Below, piece by piece: positions 59,357 through 64,000 of a stretch of 64,000 nucleotides of DNA; position 1 is the first letter of the stretch; every line of letters begins with the position of its first letter. Made by a program: the position numbers and the translations under genes. Source of the stretch: an uncultured Nitrososphaerota archaeon (lineage in GTDB: Archaea > Thermoproteota > Nitrososphaeria > Nitrososphaerales > Gagatemarchaeaceae). The notes beneath the pieces are model-generated. The model made no database searches. It was not told the origin of the DNA and saw only the letters and a list, made by a program, of their open reading frames with translations. The DNA lies in contig OY969807.1 of assembly GCA_963703285.1 (NCBI GenBank), positions 1,184,001-1,248,000 on the forward strand, in the 5' to 3' direction.

Positions 59357-60669
59357 CGCTCATGTGACTGATTAGTAGGATTTCACATCTTTGTCTGGCA
59401 ATCTTATCGTGGGCGCTTACTGACTGCGGTTCACCGTCTATTGTCCTGCTGATATGAACATCGGCTCATTCATGCCTCGTGAGGAGGAGTGCATCTCAAC
59501 GCTAAGGGAGATGAGATGGCCCGATGGTGTCACCTGCCCTAGGTGCGGATCTGATGGGGTGGTGAAGGACGGCGTGAGAGGGCGCTACCAGATGTACTGG
59601 TGCAAGGCGTGCAACTTTGGGTTCAACGACAGGAGCGGGACGATATTCCAGGACACCAAGGTCCCCCTCCGCAAGTGGTTCATGATGGCTTTCATGATGC
59701 AGTTCAAGGTCTCTGTCCTCGAGATCTCGAAGACGATCAGGGTCTCGTACAGGCACGCCTACTACATGGCCAAGAAGATCAGGGGCAGCGTCTACGCAGG
59801 ACAGATGGCAAAGAAGCTCAAGGGCACCGTCGAGATCGACGAGCTCTACGTCACGGCTGGCCTCAAAGGGAAAAAAGGAAGGACAGGCATCACGGGAGAA
59901 GGACCGCGCTGAAGGCGAGAGGGAGGGGGACCTACCAGAAAGACAAGCCCCCTCTCATCGGCATGGTATCGAGGGAGACCGGCGACGTCGTCATCGTGCC
60001 TTCGACGAACGTCACAGGCGAAGACCTCCTCCGGAGGATAGTGAAGAACGTCGATACAGGCGCAGTGGTCTACCATGACGACTACCGTCCCTATGGGATT
60101 CTGGACGGGGTGTACAGGCACGAGTCTGTCAACCACAGCGCAGGCGAGTATGCAAGGGGAGTCGTTCACACAAACACGATAGAAGGTGAGTTCTCGGTAC
60201 TGAGGCCATGGCTCTCTGTGTTCAGGGGAGTGTCGAAGGAGAAGCTCTTCCTATACTGCTCTCAGTACCAGTTCCTCAGGAGGACTCGTGCGATGGACAG
60301 GGCGGCGAGGGCGGTCGCTCTCTTTGGGCTCGAACGTCGCAACGAGGCCGAACTCCTCGACGAACTTCCTCACGCGGTCGATCCTCTTGGCCGCCACCAG
60401 TAGGGCGTCTTCGAAGAGAGCAACCCTTCTCTCCTCCTGAGCGAGGCACGAGGGGCACTCCATCAGGGCCAGACCGTACCCCTCGCAGGTTTCTTCATTC
60501 GTCGCGACCCGAAGATCAAGCACCTTCATCGAGACGTGGCAGTCTTCGCACATTGGGAGCGGGACGTCCATGAAACGTCGATGGCTACGATGCGCCTATC
60601 AACGAAAAAGACAACAATCGGTGACAATCTGGTAAATCGGATTCATCCTACTAATCAGTCACATGAGCG
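59357..60669 (+). mobile_element. IS1595-family insertion sequence, copy 2 (inverted, apparently identical)
   Basis: Same TIRs, length and ORF translations as copy 1. Confidence 0.95.
59454..60403 (+). CDS. IS1595 transposase split by a -1 frameshift
   Basis: Same translation as 30511-31460. Confidence 0.9.
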
Positions 60670-61183
60670 CGGTTTTATTGTGTTCTTTATCGCTCACACT
60701 ATTCATCCCTTCATGATAGTCTCCAGCCCAACTTGTGTACCGTAGGGCGTTGACCTGCTCTTTAGTTCTCCAACCCGTTAGCTGGTCGCCTGGTCACGTC
60801 TGTTTGAGCGGAGTCCCTATTCTCTCGGGTGACGCCGAATGAATGTGTGTTCCAAGCACTCATTTGTAATTCCAATGAATAATCAACGCTTATCCAAGAC
60901 AAACTGTTGGAAAGTTTCTGGTGATTTCATCAATTTTTCCTGAACACACGCTCATTCTACACCTTCATTCTCTCGAAGCGACAATCCGCGGAAGTGCGAC
61001 AGGAGACTTCGACACACTCAAGACTAAAGACTAGTTCCTGGGTCGAATTGGTGCGTTAGGCGAGGAACAATGGTAGTGCGCGAAATAACAACCCTCTTCT
61101 CAGACAACCAAGGCATCGTGCACCTCCGAAGTGGACTATCCGCACCACGCTACCGCTCGGCCAGATCCAGTTTCTGATATGAA

Positions 61184-62101
61184 TCACCAATCGTCCGCGC
61201 TGATGTTGAGCACGATGTTTCCCGTGAAGCTTGTCTGGGGGGCGTACATGCAGACCAACTCTTTGTAGTTGATTCCTGCGCTATACCCAAGGATCAGTAA
61301 CGGAAGCGAAGGCGAGATTTGCATGATGTTGAATGTCGCTGTGCCGCTGGTTATCGTGTTCACCATCTCGTTCGTTCCATCTACGGTGTCCGTGAAAGCC
61401 ACTACGACCGGTATGACTTGACCAGGGTAGAAGTAGCCAGTATCGTTCGGAATGTATGGGGACGCGTGCAGAACCTCGAACCCAAGGTCTGAGGAATACT
61501 GAATGTTGGTGATGATGCTCGGGTTGGGCTCGGAGACCGCGCCGACAGGTGCAGGAAGGTTCGTGATTGTCTCGTTCGCTGAATCAGGGATGCTGTACTG
61601 AAGACTTACGGGGTTCTGTGCGCTTGGAATTTGGAAGGCTATCTGGCCTACTGTCCCTTGCCTGGGGCTTAGCGTGGTCGACGCGAGGCTACGCTGGATC
61701 GCAGGAACTGACACTACGTGGAAGACGGCGTTCGAGGTTGTCGCCATCGTGAATAAGGATTCATTGACCGGGTAGGAACTATGGCCGCTGTCGGTAATGT
61801 TGACCCCATAGATGTAGACCGAGTCACCCGGTTGGGCGTTTAATGGGTCAGCCGTCGCTTGCGCAATCCATATTGACAGCGGGCCGGACGAAGTACTCGA
61901 AATCGCAATCTGAGACGAAGATTCTGAGGTGTTGGCGCAGCTGAGTGTCTGGGACGATGCCGGTGAGAGCCAGATGCTCGACGTCGTCCCGGAAGCTTGA
62001 GAACCATAGGTCGTAAGAGTCGCTGTGGAGCCGCCCCTCCCTTCAACAAGGAGACCGCCGGCACCGAACACTATCACGACGACCGCGATTGCTGCAGCCA
62101 A
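61184..62101 (-). CDS. Membrane-anchored DUF4352-like surface protein
   Basis: TM, Ser/Thr linker, VN...F, L.P.....GQIAFQIP. Confidence 0.65.
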   Translation of the reverse strand: MAAAIAVVVIVFGAGGLLVEGRGGSTATLTTYGSQASGTTSSIWLSPASSQTLSCANTSESSSQIAISSTSSGPLSIWIAQATADPLNAQPGDSVYIYGVNITDSGHSSYPVNESLFTMATTSNAVFHVVSVPAIQRSLASTTLSPRQGTVGQIAFQIPSAQNPVSLQYSIPDSANETITNLPAPVGAVSEPNPSIITNIQYSSDLGFEVLHASPYIPNDTGYFYPGQVIPVVVAFTDTVDGTNEMVNTITSGTATFNIMQISPSLPLLILGYSAGINYKELVCMYAPQTSFTGNIVLNISADDW

Positions 62102-62473
62102 CGACGTGCCGACGGCTCGCGTTCGCGTTTCTTCCAGCCTCAGCGCACTTCCCCGTCGCTTGAGGGAATCTCTCCGATTATTACGGATTTATCCGCACGG
62201 GCCTTGGTCTCCGACGACAATCATCGTGAGGGTGCTGCGGACGCTGTCGAGGCGCCTAATCTCCAAGCCATGGTCTCCTTGACCTTCTCCATCGATTCTG
62301 ACTCGGCCTTTTCCCCCGACATTGAGCCTGTCGGCTCCTTTTGGAAGAATTTACTCTTAGGCGTGAGCACGCGAGACTGAAACATAACGATCGGTCAACT
62401 TACCCAGCAGCAATGAGTCAGCGCACTGGTTATAATCGGCCGGTTCGCGAGTCGAAAGGACCAAGGAGAGATA

Positions 62474-63835
62474 ATGAGTCACAGAGTGGAGAAACTGACC
62501 GAGAATGCCAAAAGCAAGGTTGTCGAATCGACGAAGAAACTCACCTATGGGACCTGGCGATACCAAAAAAACTGGAAGCCGCTCCACATCGTCGATGCAA
62601 AAGGGTGCTATTTCTTTGACAGTGACGGTGGGAAATACCTCGACTTCTCATCGCAACTCATGTGCTCCAACCTTGGGCACAAGAACAAGGCCGTCATCGA
62701 CGCGATCTGCAGGCAGGCTGAGCAGCTGGCCTACATCGCTCCGACCTTCACCACCACTCCGAGAGCGGAACTCAGCGAACTCCTTCTCGAGGTGCTGCCC
62801 GAGGGACTGGAGAAGTTCTTCTACACGACCTCCGGGACCGAGGCTAACGAGGCCGCCATCAAGATAGCGCGGCTCTACACCGGGCGCCACAAGATTATCT
62901 CGAGGTATCGCTCCTACCACGGGTCGACTGGTGGTTCAATCGCGGCGACCGGAGACTTCCGGAGAATCCCCATCGAACCATCCGGCAAGATCGATGGGGT
63001 CATCTTCGCGCCAGATATGGACCAGTATAGATCGCCCTTCGGGTTCGATTTTCCAGACAGAGCTGCGGCCAGCGTTGCTTACATCGAATACATGATCAAG
63101 AACGAGGGCAACGTTGCCGCGATACTGGTGGAGCCGGTCGTGGGGACGAACGGGGTCCTGATTCCGCCGAAGGAGTACATGCCGATGCTCAGGGAGGTTG
63201 CCACAAAGCACGACGTCTTGCTCATCGTTGACGAGGTGATGTCAGGATGGGGGAGAACAGGCGAGTGGTTCGCCGTTGACCACTGGAAGGTGAAGCCAGA
63301 CATTCTCACGACCGCGAAGGGAATAACGGGGGCCTACGTACCCCTCGGCCTTACGGCGACCACGAAGGAGATCGCCGAATACTTCGAAGACCACTACTTT
63401 GCGCACGGCCACACGTATGAAGCCCACCCATTGATGCTGGCCGCTGCCGTCGCAGCCGTCAAAGAGTACAAGAGGCTCGACCTGATCAATCAGGCGCGGA
63501 AGAACGGGGAGTACCTCGGCAGGAGACTGAAGACGCTGATGGAGAAGCATCGCTCGGTGGGCGACGTTAGAGGCCTGGGTCTGTTCTGGGCGGTGGAGCT
63601 TGTCAAGGACAGGAGGACGAAACAGCCCTTCCAGGAAGCATCGGACAAGCTGGCCGGGCGGCCTTCAGTTCTGGACGCAGTAGCTGGCGCGATGATGAAG
63701 GAAGGAGTCTTCGTGAACACGTGGCTCAGCCACTTCATCGTTGCACCTCCGCTCATCGTGACGCACAAACAGATCGACGATGGGGTTGACGCGCTGGATC
63801 GCGCCCTCGAGTTGGCTGACATGCAGGTCGCGTAG
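62474..63835 (+). CDS. Class III PLP aminotransferase (taurine/omega-amino acid type)
   Basis: YLDFSSQL, SGTEANE.AIK, SYHG, DEVMSGWGRTG, AKG. Confidence 0.95.
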   Translation: MSHRVEKLTENAKSKVVESTKKLTYGTWRYQKNWKPLHIVDAKGCYFFDSDGGKYLDFSSQLMCSNLGHKNKAVIDAICRQAEQLAYIAPTFTTTPRAELSELLLEVLPEGLEKFFYTTSGTEANEAAIKIARLYTGRHKIISRYRSYHGSTGGSIAATGDFRRIPIEPSGKIDGVIFAPDMDQYRSPFGFDFPDRAAASVAYIEYMIKNEGNVAAILVEPVVGTNGVLIPPKEYMPMLREVATKHDVLLIVDEVMSGWGRTGEWFAVDHWKVKPDILTTAKGITGAYVPLGLTATTKEIAEYFEDHYFAHGHTYEAHPLMLAAAVAAVKEYKRLDLINQARKNGEYLGRRLKTLMEKHRSVGDVRGLGLFWAVELVKDRRTKQPFQEASDKLAGRPSVLDAVAGAMMKEGVFVNTWLSHFIVAPPLIVTHKQIDDGVDALDRALELADMQVA

Positions 63836-64000
63836 ACCAAGAAGGTCGTGAAGCTGGGTTTCGCCGCGCCTTCGTTCTCTTGTTGGATGAGGGTCTTTTA
63901 GCTGGGGGTTGGAGGGCCGGGGTAAGCGACCCCACTTGCGGTTCCTGCTTCAATTCTTTTAAACCGAGACTATTAGGCAACCTTTGTGGGCCGGTAGTCT

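Noticed and set aside
1-64000. CRISPR array or cas genes
   Set aside because: No regularly spaced repeat-spacer pattern and no Cas motifs seen

Overview
High-GC archaeal chromosome segment. The CdvB/CdvC, TBP, Alba, thermosome and uS10 sequences point to Nitrososphaerota/Thaumarchaeota, probably a non-ammonia-oxidising lineage (inference). Positions 1-21 kb, 31.6-47 kb and 61-64 kb hold ordinary metabolic, transport and surface genes: a tryptophanase end, thioredoxin, APC/MFS/ClC/ABC transporters, a site-2 protease, a Tat-exported PaoABC-like molybdoenzyme, a UPF0182 protein and a class III aminotransferase. Four main results. (1) Two 1313-bp IS1595-family copies in opposite orientation have swapped 8-bp target duplications, so the 27.8 kb between them has been inverted. 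(2) Undoing that inversion joins 21182-30244 to 47171-59356 as one ~21-kb island bounded by a 17-bp repeat of the 3' end of a tRNA-Gly(GCC) that has two non-canonical introns. The island carries stand-alone copies of core cell machinery (ESCRT-III, Vps4, Cdc48, thermosome, TBP, uS10, Alba, a decayed TRAM gene, lysine-rich and zinc-finger microproteins), plus HEPN and PD-(D/E)xK defence-like genes and an integrase remnant. (3) A ~250-nt intergenic element near the UPF0182 gene looks like an unannotated multi-pseudoknot ncRNA. (4) A tandemly duplicated DUF5678-like / double-retropepsin / Ig-like cassette shows complementary decay. Several single-base frameshifts are probably sequencing errors. 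All family calls are from motif recognition by eye; no database searches were run.
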